DNA of 62,859 nucleotides, counting the filler, from Stramenopiles sp. TOSAG23-2 (lineage: Eukaryota), in the NCBI GenBank assembly GCA_900128395.1. It is 32 parts of 32 records of this genome, joined end to end, with 100 filler letters (N's around TTAATTAATTAA, not from the genome) between each part and the next. Parts side by side here need not be neighbours in the genome. Positions count along the whole stretch, not along the records: positions 47,301 to 49,161 come from LT652272.1; positions 49,262 to 51,120 come from LT652273.1; positions 51,221 to 53,078 come from LT652274.1; positions 53,179 to 55,036 come from LT652275.1; positions 55,137 to 56,993 come from LT652276.1; positions 57,094 to 58,949 come from LT652277.1; positions 59,050 to 60,904 come from LT652278.1; 25 more parts are not named here. One strand, written 5' to 3'. Shown here in pieces: positions 47,966 through 59,587 of the stretch. The position numbers and the translations under genes were made by a program. The notes beneath the pieces were generated by a model. That model was not told the origin of the DNA, made no database searches, and was given only the letters and a program-made list of their open reading frames with translations. Within the stretch, counting starts at the first letter, position 1; each line of letters begins with the position of its first letter.

Positions 47966-48668
47966 ATGATGACGAGAAAATGGGTACGACAATCAATAAA
48001 CGTATATATCAGTGTTATCATAATATATATGTTAAAATTATTTGATAATGTTCACGGTATCGAATGGGATTGTGTTTCATCAACAAATACTGGGATATTT
48101 ACACGGTCGATAAATTGTACGATTTCTGGAAATAATCATGTTGCTGTATCGAATACATTGGAAATTACAGGTTCAAATATAGATATATGTTAAATTCAAC
48201 CATGTCCATACCAGAAAAACTTCTTGCAAAAAGTAAAGGAAGTTATTCTTTTATTGTAATTTCTGAATGGCTTGGATTACTTTTGTTTGTTGTTGCAATT
48301 AGTATTTTCGTATATCAAGTAAGTTTTTTTATATTTATTTTTTCCCCTATATTATAATTTTGCTAGAGATATATGAAAATATGTAAAAGAACTAACATTT
48401 AATTAAAAAATATTTTACTATTTTGTATAAATACACACACAATAAAATATAGACTTTAAAGATACAATATACATCTATAAAAGAAATGTATACGGAAATG
48501 AAAAGTAAATTTGCAAAATGGAAGCAAATAAAGAGAAAAAATGATGTAGAACTTACTACAAAGGAAAAAAATGAGCTTAAACCGGATAAAGATGGTTATA
48601 TTCACAATCCAATCTTTAATGATAAATTTAATTATAAGGAATATTCAAATGAAATTTATGACAAATGA
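47966..48668 (+). pseudogene. Internally deleted membrane-protein gene: signal-peptide N-terminus joined out of frame to a TM exon (48202-48318), an intron (48319-48452) and a last exon (48453-48668)
   Basis: GTAAGT..ACTAAC..TAG phase-0 intron joins the TM exon in frame to ORF 48486-48668; stop and frame change near 48190. Confidence 0.55.
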
Positions 48669-49261
48669 ATTACATTGAGTATAAAACGACATTTTGTCCA
48701 TATCAATTATATTGTTGTTGAAAATGAATTATATTAGAGGCAAATATATCGACATTATTGTTGTAACTGCCATGTGATAGCGGTTAATTGTTTTTCAGTA
48801 TAAATCTGGCCAGTGATGAAAAAATACAAAAACTTGAAGAGTGTTGAAGATAATTAAAAAAAATTCTCCATCTCTCATCTCCTCAGGGAATCTCTATGAT
48901 ATATATATAATGATTAAATACTCTCTCTCGTAATTATTAAATTCGAACCGGTTCGTATTTAAATATACGGCGTATATAATTTTACGCACATGTAGGTTTT
49001 TTAATATTTTGCACCAGAATTTTTTAATTTTACTCATTACAAACTTCGTACACTCTGATAATTTCCTAATACTCCTTCAAAAGAATACATTTTTTGAGGA
49101 GATCATATAAAAATTTTTATAAATATTCATTTGGATGTACGATATCAACGACTAAAATAATNNNNNNNNNNNNNNNNNNNNNNNNNNNNNNNNNNNNNNN
49201 NNNNNTTAATTAATTAANNNNNNNNNNNNNNNNNNNNNNNNNNNNNNNNNNNNNNNNNNNN

Positions 49262-51120
49262 CCAGAAATGTCGAGAAATGAAATATATATATTTTTATTT
49301 GAAACTCAATTTGTATAATAAAAAATAAACCGAACGATTATACAGGTAAGAATCTATACAGGTAATTATTTTCGTTTTTACTAATATACATATATATATA
49401 TATATATTGTTACATCTATTAATCTATCTTCTTGAAATGTAATAAATAGGGCATGCATCGTTCATGTACCTTTTTATTTATTTATGAAAGGTTTGTTTTG
49501 ATTTTTCAATTTTTTCATTCTTGAGTGAATTGGTAGGCATGTTTTATAGTATACTAATCAATAGTGGGTAAATATCAGGTAATTAAGAGGATATTAGTTG
49601 TACTTAGATTTGCGACCTACAAGATTATAGACGAGGACCAAATTTTTTTTTTAATTATTTTTTTGTATTTTTTATTTTCGCTGATTTCACCAATTTTCTT
49701 CTGAAAATTTTAACTGCCAAAAGTCTTTCAGAATTTATTTGGAAATTGTATAATTATTAAAAAAAAGGTACAAATAGAAATACGTATTATATGATTATAT
49801 TAAAGTTTGGCCTGAATGGATGTAATAAATCGGGAATATGAATATAATAATGTGATAATTGGAATATGAGTGGGGTGGAAGGCGTTTGAAAACTAAACTA
49901 AAAAATTTAACCGTAAAATTAATATAGAAATAGCATTACAGTGAATTATTATATAGTGTATTGTAGTTAATAGTATATAAATATAGATATTTTGGACAAA
50001 TCATCTTCTTCTTCCTTCATCATCATCCATTCCAGCTAAGAAGGCCAGCATTCTTCTGGCATTCCAGCATTATTCTTTTCATACATACAAGTGTTGTAAT
50101 AATATTTATAAAAGGAAAAAAAAGAAAAACTAACAAAATTAATTATAATAAAATGTATTATTAACATTGTACAATTCAACATACATATATATATATGTAT
50201 GTTGAATTGTACAATGTTAATAATACATTTTATTATAATTAATTTTGTTAGTTTTTCTTTTTTTTCCTTTTATAAATATTATTACAACACTTGTATGTAT
50301 GAAAAGAATAATGCTGGAATGCCAGAAGAATGCTGGCCTTCTTAGCTGGAATGGATGATGATGAAGGAAGAAGAAGATGATTTGTCCAAAATATCTATAT
50401 TTATATACTATTAACTACAATACACTATATAATAATTCACTGTAATGCTATTTCTATATTAATTTTACGGTTAAATTTTTTAGTTTAGTTTTCAAACGCC
50501 TTCCACCCCACTCATATTCCAATTATCACATTATTATATTCATATTCCCGATTTATTACATCCATTCAGGCCAAACTTTAATATAATCATATAATACGTA
50601 TTTCTATTTGTACCTTTTTTTTAATAATTATACAATTTCCAAATAAATTCTGAAAGACTTTTGGCAGTTAAAATTTTCAGAAGAAAATTGGTGAAATCAG
50701 CGAAAATAAAAAATACAAAAAAATAATTAAAAAAAAAATTTGGTCCTCGTCTATAATCTTGTAGGTCGCAAATCTAAGTACAACTAATATCCTCTTAATT
50801 ACCTGATATTTACCCACTATTGATTAGTATACTATAAAACATGCCTACCAATTCACTCAAGAATGAAAAAATTGAAAAAATCAAAACAAACCTTTCATAA
50901 ATAAATAAAAAGGTACATGAACGATGCATGCCCTATTTATTACATTTCAAGAAGATAGATTAATAGATGTAACAATATATATATATATATATGTATATTA
51001 GTAAAAACGAAAATAATTACCTGTATAGATTCTTACCTGTATAATCGTTCGGTTTATTTTTTATTATACAAATTGAGTTTCAAATAAAAATATATATATT
51101 TCATTTCACGACATTTCTGA
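49262..51120. repeat. Whole-contig near-perfect inverted repeat centred on ATACATATAT|ATATATGTAT (50181-50200); no long ORF
   Basis: Arms are reverse-complementary apart from a few substitutions and a 1-bp indel. Confidence 0.97.
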
Positions 51121-51681
51121 NNNNNNNNNNNNNNNNNNNNNNNNNNNNNNNNNNNNNNNNNNNNTTAATTAATTAANNNNNNNNNNNNNNNNNNNNNNNN
51201 NNNNNNNNNNNNNNNNNNNNGTTCTTTTTTTTAGAGAGGATTAAATTTCATATTAAATTTTATTACGACTACATCGAGAAGTGTTTTGTATGATGGATAT
51301 GGGTATGGATGCGTGTATCATATCATAGCGTGTATGACATTATATATATATATGATATATCATATATCATATGCATAGTGTATTTAGAGGAGGGGGGAGT
51401 TTAATTTAATAAAAAACTACGAAGTATATTCGCGCGTCAGCATTTTAAAATAGAATATTGTTTACTCGTGTATGATGCATATGTTTTCTTTTTTTTGTTC
51501 TTGTTTTTTAATAATCCCCTTCTCCATCTTCAAGAAATTCACCACCTGCCATTTGTAATAGAAATTTGCAACATTCTTCATCTGTTGCTGTATATTTGAT
51601 GTGTTAGAGAGGATATCCATACGTTTTTTTTATATATAGGTTATACACTATATAGGTTTCTAGGGAAATAGACGTAGAATT

Positions 51682-52593
51682 TTACTTACCAGATGTTTTA
51701 GTAACAGTTGTTGGTTCATTATTGGGATTTGGAATAAATTCATAACCTTTATCAAAATCTTCTCCCCATAATGCTTTAGCTGTTGCTCTACTTTCTTCAT
51801 TTTCGCCTTCTTGTAATCCTAATATTAATTTTTCCTCTTCGTTTCGTTCAAATTGTTCAAGAAATAGATTGGGATCTTCTTCATTAGATTCATTTACAAT
51901 TATACCATCATCACGCAATGAAGATAACTTGTTCTTATTTTGCTTAATATTATTTCTTGGAGAAATGAAACTTTTATTTAATGGATCAATTAAGCAAAAT
52001 TTAAACATATTTGTTTTCATAATAATAGTTTTTTTTTTTGTTTTATCATCATCATCATCATTATTAAATTGTTCAAGCACCTCTTGAAGACGATTAGATA
52101 CGTTTGTTTCTATTTTTGTATTGTTTTTTTCTACATTCGAATCGGTAGCTATTATATTCAATCCTTTTATTTCATTATATAAACTAGATATTGCACCTTC
52201 TATCGTAGTGATTTTTCCACCAAGCATTGATCTAACTTGAATATCTAACTCTGGTATACATACAATAGCTTCATCATGAATAATAACTGAACGTTGTAAA
52301 TCCATTTGGTCAGTTATAGTTAAAGTTGTTTTCATTCCATATTCTGAAACAGCATCTTTGTTATTATTATTATTATTACTGCTAGTTTTAGAATATCGAT
52401 ACCCGCATTTTTCACAATTAAAAGAAGTAATATCCATACCTCCAAAAGAAGGAATATCTGCAGTGTAAAATAATGTTTTACCGACGGCGCCGCAAGATAA
52501 ACAGTGCACAACATTTGAACTAGCAATTGCATTGGTATCTTTTCTAATTTTCAAATCTTTAAATGTTTTATTAGGGGGAATGAATGCGGTCAT
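51682..52593 (-). CDS. ZPR1: ZPR1-type zinc-finger protein with a single ZnF-A module
   Basis: CLSCG..IPSFG..SFNCEKCGYR, DLQRSVI..IPELD..GKITTIEG, IDPLNKSFI, DPNL..FERNEEE..LGL. Confidence 0.85.
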   Translation of the reverse strand: MTAFIPPNKTFKDLKIRKDTNAIASSNVVHCLSCGAVGKTLFYTADIPSFGGMDITSFNCEKCGYRYSKTSSNNNNNNKDAVSEYGMKTTLTITDQMDLQRSVIIHDEAIVCIPELDIQVRSMLGGKITTIEGAISSLYNEIKGLNIIATDSNVEKNNTKIETNVSNRLQEVLEQFNNDDDDDKTKKKTIIMKTNMFKFCLIDPLNKSFISPRNNIKQNKNKLSSLRDDGIIVNESNEEDPNLFLEQFERNEEEKLILGLQEGENEESRATAKALWGEDFDKGYEFIPNPNNEPTTVTKTSGK

Positions 52594-52843
52594 ATTTTTA
52601 AATTCTGATTATTATTATCATTAGTTAGTAGTAGTAGTAGTAGTCGTGTTTGTTGTTGCGGTTCGTCTCGAATAGTCTTAATTTAATTTAATTTAATTGA
52701 ATTAAAAAAAAAAAGAAAATATCAATCTAGGCACACCTAAAAAAGTAATGAAGAAATAAATTCGTCCCAATAGTCTTAATTTAATTTTTTGATGAACAAC
52801 GAACAACTTAGTAGATTTCGACACAGATATTAATATCTTGGTA

Positions 52844-53031
52844 CCTAATGACGAGAAAAGTTGGGTCATTTTTTGACTGCCTTTTTTGACTGCATTGTTT
52901 TATTGTTTACTTAAAATATACTGATACTATAGCCATAAATAACTATCCTTTATTAATAAGTTAAGGAAATAATAAAAAAGTAGTCAAAAAAGGCACGCCA
53001 AAAAATGACCCACTTTTTCTCGTCATTAGTG
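52844..53031. mobile_element. MITE, about 188 bp, with about 50-bp terminal inverted repeats flanked by TA
   Basis: Left C-CTAATGACGAGAAAAGTTGGGTCATTTTTTGAC-TGCCTTTTTTGACT versus right reverse complement CACTAATGACGAGAAAAAGTGGGTCATTTTTTGGCGTGCCTTTTTTGACT; TA at 52842-52843 and 53032-53033. Confidence 0.8.
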
Positions 53032-53178
53032 TAATTTCGACTCCTATCACGCTTGCAGTAATAATTTTAATCAACTCTNNNNNNNNNNNNNNNNNNNNNN
53101 NNNNNNNNNNNNNNNNNNNNNNTTAATTAATTAANNNNNNNNNNNNNNNNNNNNNNNNNNNNNNNNNNNNNNNNNNNN

Positions 53179-54552
53179 GATGCAATGTATTGGGCATGGG
53201 AGAAACGTAAAGAATATAAGAAAGAATTTCCACGCGGTACGCCATTAGTATGTGCATGTGAAAAAGGACGTTTTGAGGATGTGAAAGTATTGATTACAGG
53301 CTATAATGATGTGAATGGTAGTAATGGTAATAATAATAATAATATGACATTGAAAGAATACGTGAATCAAGTCGGTAAAGATAGTCGTGGTAATGATTAT
53401 ACACCTTTAATGATGGCTGCAAGCACATATAAAATTAAGAAATACTTGATAGATAATGGTGCTGATTTACATAAAACATATAAACAAGAATTTCCACAAG
53501 GTACGCCAATAGTATGTGCATGTGAATACGGACGTTTAGAGGATGTGAAATTATTGATTACAGGCTATAATGATGTGAATGGTAGTAATGGTAATAATAA
53601 TAATAATATGACATTGAAAGAATACGTGAATCAAGTCGGTAAAGATAGTCGTGGTAATGATTATACACCTTTACTGATAGCTGCAGAGAACAAACATTTC
53701 CAAATAGTTAAATATTTAGTTGAGATCATTTATCCTCATGCATCTAAAGTAGAAAAGAAATATTATGCAGAATCTCCAAAAGGTACGCCAATAGTATGTG
53801 CATGTGAAAAAGGACGTTTTGAGGATGTGAAAGTATTGATTACAGGCTATAATGATGTGAATGGTAGTAATGGTAATAATAATAATAATATGACATTGAA
53901 AGAATACGTGAATCGAGAAGGTAAACGTAGTAGTGGTTATGAATATACACCTTTAATGATAGCTGCAATGAACGAACATTTCCAAATAGTTAAATATTTG
54001 ATTGAACAAGGTGAAGCTGATCCTAATATTGCAAATATTTATGGATCGAATGCATTACATTTAGCAGCAGCTAATAACAAAAAGGATACGAAGTTGATTG
54101 AGTTCTTATTAACTCATATGTCTCTTAATAGCATTAATAAGAAGGGGTATGATGTGAATGGTAGTAATGGTAATAATAATAATAATATGACATTGAAAGA
54201 ATACGTGAATCAAGTCGGTAGAGATAGTGATGGTAGTGAATTCACACCTTTAACGAAAGCTGCAGAGAACGAACATTTCCAAATAGTTAAATATTTGATT
54301 GAACAATGTGAAGCTGATCCTAATATTGCAGATAGTAATGGATGTAATGCATTACATTGGGCAGCAAGTAACAACAAAAAGGATACGAAGTTGATTGAGT
54401 TGTTATTAACTAATATGTCTCTTACTAGCATTAATAAGAAGACGTCCAGGGGATTCACTCCCCTGGACTGGGCATATGATAATAAAAGTCCAATTCAACA
54501 AAAGATCATTGATCTTATACGTTCAAAAGGTGGAAAACGTGCAAGAGAATAG
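53179..54552 (+). CDS. Ankyrin-repeat protein built from near-identical DNA cassettes, probably 5'-partial
   Basis: TPL..AA..HFQIVKYL..ADPN..NALH.AA; cassette GTP.VCACE.GR.EDVK.LITGYNDVNGSNGNNNNNMTLKEYVN occurs three times plus a partial fourth. Confidence 0.92.
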   Translation, partial: DAMYWAWEKRKEYKKEFPRGTPLVCACEKGRFEDVKVLITGYNDVNGSNGNNNNNMTLKEYVNQVGKDSRGNDYTPLMMAASTYKIKKYLIDNGADLHKTYKQEFPQGTPIVCACEYGRLEDVKLLITGYNDVNGSNGNNNNNMTLKEYVNQVGKDSRGNDYTPLLIAAENKHFQIVKYLVEIIYPHASKVEKKYYAESPKGTPIVCACEKGRFEDVKVLITGYNDVNGSNGNNNNNMTLKEYVNREGKRSSGYEYTPLMIAAMNEHFQIVKYLIEQGEADPNIANIYGSNALHLAAANNKKDTKLIEFLLTHMSLNSINKKGYDVNGSNGNNNNNMTLKEYVNQVGRDSDGSEFTPLTKAAENEHFQIVKYLIEQCEADPNIADSNGCNALHWAASNNKKDTKLIELLLTNMSLTSINKKTSRGFTPLDWAYDNKSPIQQKIIDLIRSKGGKRARE

Positions 54553-55597
54553 AATTATGTGTGAGATTATATGAAAATGATTTTTTAATTTTTTTTTAAT
54601 TTTACATACATACACAGACCTACATGTATATTTACAGTGTTTTAGTTTTAGTCTAATAGAAAAGTATTATAAGTATTATTTTTTTTTTTTCTTACCGCGA
54701 CGTATTATATTTTTTATTTTTTTAGATTTCACACTTCAATTATTTAATATATGACTTGAGTGTAATTAAAAAAAAATTGAACATTGATCATATATTGCAG
54801 TTTTCAAACGTTAGCTAAATATATATACATATATACATATATATATACATCATAGAATATGTATACGCAATTAAATTAAGTAAATATGACATCCAAAAAA
54901 AATTGAACATTGATCATATATTGCAGTTTTCAAACGTTAGCTAAATATATATACATATATACATATATATATACATCATAGAATATGTATACGCAATTAA
55001 ATTAAGTAAATATGACATCCGTTGCAAATAATAATANNNNNNNNNNNNNNNNNNNNNNNNNNNNNNNNNNNNNNNNNNNNTTAATTAATTAANNNNNNNN
55101 NNNNNNNNNNNNNNNNNNNNNNNNNNNNNNNNNNNNATTATAATAAATATTACGTATTCAGCTAATCAAATATACTCACAGTATAGGACGATAATATAGG
55201 AGCATCGTCATAGCGAGTATAACTGTAGTAATAAAATAAAGAAGAGTGGTTACATATTATTCTAGAATTTTATAATATTTAAATTGTACTTATTAGTATA
55301 CATAGAAACACACGAATGATGACTATAACACTAATAACATAAAATTGTGCATATCATCATCATAACATTATTATTATTTTAAAAATTAATAATAGCACAA
55401 TACATCATAGAAATTTAATTAATTTAATATTTTTTATTATATCTAAAATTTATTGAATTTATACAAATTGCAATAAATAATAATATTTTCAAATTCATTT
55501 AGATATTTTTTCAAAAACATTTTCTTAAAAAAGATACAAAAAGAAAAAGAGTCAATCAGAGAACATTGTCCTGCTTAAATAGTGCTTATCATCATCA

Positions 55598-56622
55598 TGA
55601 CGTCAATGGTAACAGAGCAAAATACAACGAATAATGAAACAACGATTACCATACATGCAACTATTATATCAACAAAAGGTACATTGAAATTAAAAAAGAT
55701 ATCTGGCATGTTAACCTTTCAACAATTCAAAGAGGAAATAATAAAACAATTATTTTCAATTACTAATATGAAACCAAAATATTTGCGAATGCTTATTAAT
55801 GGGAAGGAAATTGCAGATATGAACGCAAAATTAATTACATTGAATGTGAAAAACAAGAAAATTATGAAAATAAAGGTAAATATTTTATTTACTGAACAAT
55901 TCCATTTAATGAAAGATAAAGAAAAGAAAAAAATGTTAGAAAAAGATGCAACAATAAAAAGTAATAATAACAGCATTAAGGATGATAATAATGAAAGCAA
56001 TCGTATTGCCATGACAAATACTAAATCCAAAAACAAGTCTGAAACATATCATATCGAAGGTAATAATGATGAATCGAAAATGATTGCAGCTATTTTGATA
56101 ATATTACATGGTACAAATAAATATACTATCCAAATTCATAAACTTGTTACGTTGCTAGATTTGAAATTAAAATTAATAGAAATATTAGGTATCAGTTCAA
56201 CCAAACGTTTAAAATTAATTGCGAAAGGTAAAATATTAACAGATGATGGTATGATTATATCCAATTTATCAAATAGTAGTAGCAATAAAAAGAAAATAAA
56301 AATACGATTGTTACATGATGAGACATATTATACACATGAAGAAGGCATTAGCGTATTAGAAAAAGTATTAAAATCCTTGGAACAAACGAAAAGAAATGTA
56401 CATTCATTATATTCACAATTGGCTCATAATTTTTACGATAAAGCAAAAATGACATTACAAAGAGGTTCATACGATGATCAACTTGAAATTTTAAAACGAA
56501 ATTTACAATCTATCAAAGTCAAGGAAGAAGATAAAGGTAAAGTTGAAAATGCATTGAAGGAGTTAGAAAAAATATACGAAGAGAATGAAAAAATAAATTC
56601 AATATTAGCAAAACGAAATTGA
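55598..56622 (+). CDS. Protein with two ubiquitin-like domains and a BAG-like helical C-terminus
   Basis: LRMLINGKEI and ILHGTNKY..TLLDLK..LKLIAKGKIL are UBL-like; C-terminal amphipathic helices. Confidence 0.6.
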
Positions 56623-57094
56623 AGGTGGTGGTGGTAGTTTACCTGTAATATTTAATATATATATATGACTATAGATTAAAATATTATTGATATGATTAAC
56701 ATTGAAGGAGTTAGAAAAAATATACGAAGAGAATGAAAAAATAAATTCAATATTAGCAAAACGAAATTGAAGGTGGTGGTGGTAGTTTACCTGTAATATT
56801 TAATATATATATATGACTATAGATTAAAATATTATTGATATGATTAAATGATATCTTGATAAAACTTTTTGAAATATATACTTCGTATAATTTGATATTT
56901 TCGTATGATACCGTGTACACGAACTCGTATAATATTTACACACTTTCTCTCTCCTCTTCTCAAAACAAATCCATCTCTACCAAATTCCAATCCNNNNNNN
57001 NNNNNNNNNNNNNNNNNNNNNNNNNNNNNNNNNNNNNTTAATTAATTAANNNNNNNNNNNNNNNNNNNNNNNNNNNNNNNNNNNNNNNNNNNNA

Positions 57095-58949
57095 GCACCA
57101 GAATATCATGATATAAATGACAGCGGTGGGAACGCATCACAACAACAACAGCAACAACAATCGTTTATGGTGGAACAATTACCAAAATCCATTCAGCAAT
57201 GCCATGAAGAAATCATCGCATTACGCGAAGCATACAACACAATGCTAATGGATGATATGACGAGTACAGAACAAGGGATAGATCGATTAAATATAATGCC
57301 ATCAGCATCTAATTTTTTGTCCAATAACAATGTAAACAAAAACAACAATAGCGGTAACATTAAAAGAAACGGACGTCCCTCTAGCAACTCTATTGATGAT
57401 AATCTTAACACAAAACTATCATCAACACAACGTCAATTGGGTGAATTAAAGAAACGAAATAAAAAATTAAAAGAAGAACGAGATAATTACATGAAAATGA
57501 CAAAAGAATTGGGTGGGAAAGATAAAAAGCAAAATCTTAATCTAAAATTAGAGCAAATGACAGCAAAATATCAAAAAATGTGTTCGGTAAAGAATTTAGA
57601 AATTTCTAAATTAAGAAGTGATAATACGCGTTTGAAAAAAGTTATGACAAATTTACGTTTGGAAACTGAAGAACAAGTACAACGTGCGTTGGCACAGGCA
57701 AGAATGCATAAGCAAAAAGCATCACAAGCAGCTAGTAGTCAGGTTAGAGGTAGTAGTGGTAGTAGTGGTAGTAGTGGTAGTAGTGGCAAACGTCATCGTG
57801 GTAGGCAGCGAACAAGGTCGCCACCAAAGTCTAGAAAAAAGAAGCATAACAATGCTGATGCTATTGCTACACATAGTGATGCTATAAACAATAATAATAA
57901 TAATAATAATAATTCACCGCAATATACCATGATGCCAGGGGAGCAAGTGAGAAACGATCCAATAATAATAATAATTCACCGCAATATACCATGATGCCAG
58001 GGGAGCAAGTGAGAAACGATCCAATAAAGGCGTCGTTGCAGAAACAAAAAATGAAAATTATTAGTAATGGAGAGAATCCAATGAAGAGTGGTACACCACA
58101 CTACATGATGTCGCTAGAACATAGTAATCAAAATCACTTGGCAATACAGCAACAGGAAAGACATGATGAAATATATAATGCAGAACGACATCATACCAAT
58201 GCAGCTCATCATCCCAATCAACAAAATCAACTGTACCACCAGCACCAACAACAACAAATACAACATAATATTAATAATTTCAACAATGCAGATAGTACTG
58301 TAACGCATGCAGAGCATAATGTCCCACCATTACCCAGTGATGTTAATTATCCAAAAGGACATGAGCTGTTGAAGAAAAGTACAAGTGTTGCTGATGTAAT
58401 GAAAACTTATAATATGAATTACGACGATTTGTTGTTAAATAATCACCATAACATAATGCATAACCCGGATGAACCACGTGATATGTCTCAATCAAGGCAA
58501 GATGAATCACCGTCACCACCGCCATTGCTTGGAAATAGTGGAAATGCATATGATAAATATAATATACATGTGGCGACTGAATCATATTCTAACTTTAGAG
58601 CTCGACGCCTTGGGAATAGTCCACCTATGCGATTGAGTATGAATAGCAATAGAAAAAAGGTAGAAACGCAAACATACATAGATGTCTACGATCCAAACAC
58701 CACAAGCCAATATGCAGCTAAGATTCGAACAGCTTCCGATGTTAGACGGGAACGAGGTGCAAATGCATTATTACGCGAACAAGATTCAAAGATGAAAGAT
58801 TATGTGAACAATGATGTGAGAAATAAATTAGGTTTCACTAGTATGAATAACAACAGCAATAGTTTGAGCCCTCGTAGTAATCGAGCAAGATTTTTAAAAA
58901 TTAATGTTAATTTTGCCGATGATAATAAAGATATTTCTAATAATGAAAT
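57095..58949 (+). CDS. Coiled-coil and low-complexity protein, partial at both ends; split into two ORFs by a 62-bp tandem duplication
   Basis: ORFs 57167-57994 and 57991 onward share the duplicated MMPGEQVRNDPI segment. Confidence 0.75.
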
Positions 58950-59049
58950 NNNNNNNNNNNNNNNNNNNNNNNNNNNNNNNNNNNNNNNNNNNNTTAATTA
59001 ATTAANNNNNNNNNNNNNNNNNNNNNNNNNNNNNNNNNNNNNNNNNNNN

Positions 59050-59587
59050 AGTGGCAACCGGAAACTAAAGTGGCATCCCACGTTGTATCGTCTAAACCAG
59101 TATACGAACCAGCACTAGACGTCAAAGGAAATGCTGTATCAAGTAAAGCATATTCTCGCATTGTTAAACACTTCCCGTGACCGGAACATTGCAAGAAACA
59201 TTCTACTCGATCACAAGCAGCGCCTGTCCATGGTGGAAAACATAGACATTCTCCCAAATCTCGTTGGCAAACGCCATTCCCAGAACATTCTTTCATAGAA
59301 TGTGCTGCAATAGTACTAGTAGGTATACCAAACCAACTTCTTCCACCAGGGCATGAACGCAAAGAGCAATCAGGTGTTTTATAGTCAGCAAGATCAGTAG
59401 TTGCTCCCCAACCTTCATCACAACTACAAATAAAGTAGGGGCTATTAGAGCAAACACCGTGACCACTACATCCATTTTGACAATCGGATATGGCTACAGT
59501 ACTTTGGCTATTAACTACAATTATTTTAGTCAATATTATCTGACTAATGAAAACATAAAACACTGTTTGAATTGTTGTACAATACAT
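59050..59587 (-). CDS. Secreted EGF-repeat protein of the stramenopile mastigoneme (SIG1/Ocm-like) type, 3'-partial
   Basis: CSGHGVC..DCSLRSCP.G.SW..AH..ECSGNGVC.R..GEC.CF....GAACDR..C..CSGHGKC..WDA. Confidence 0.75.
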
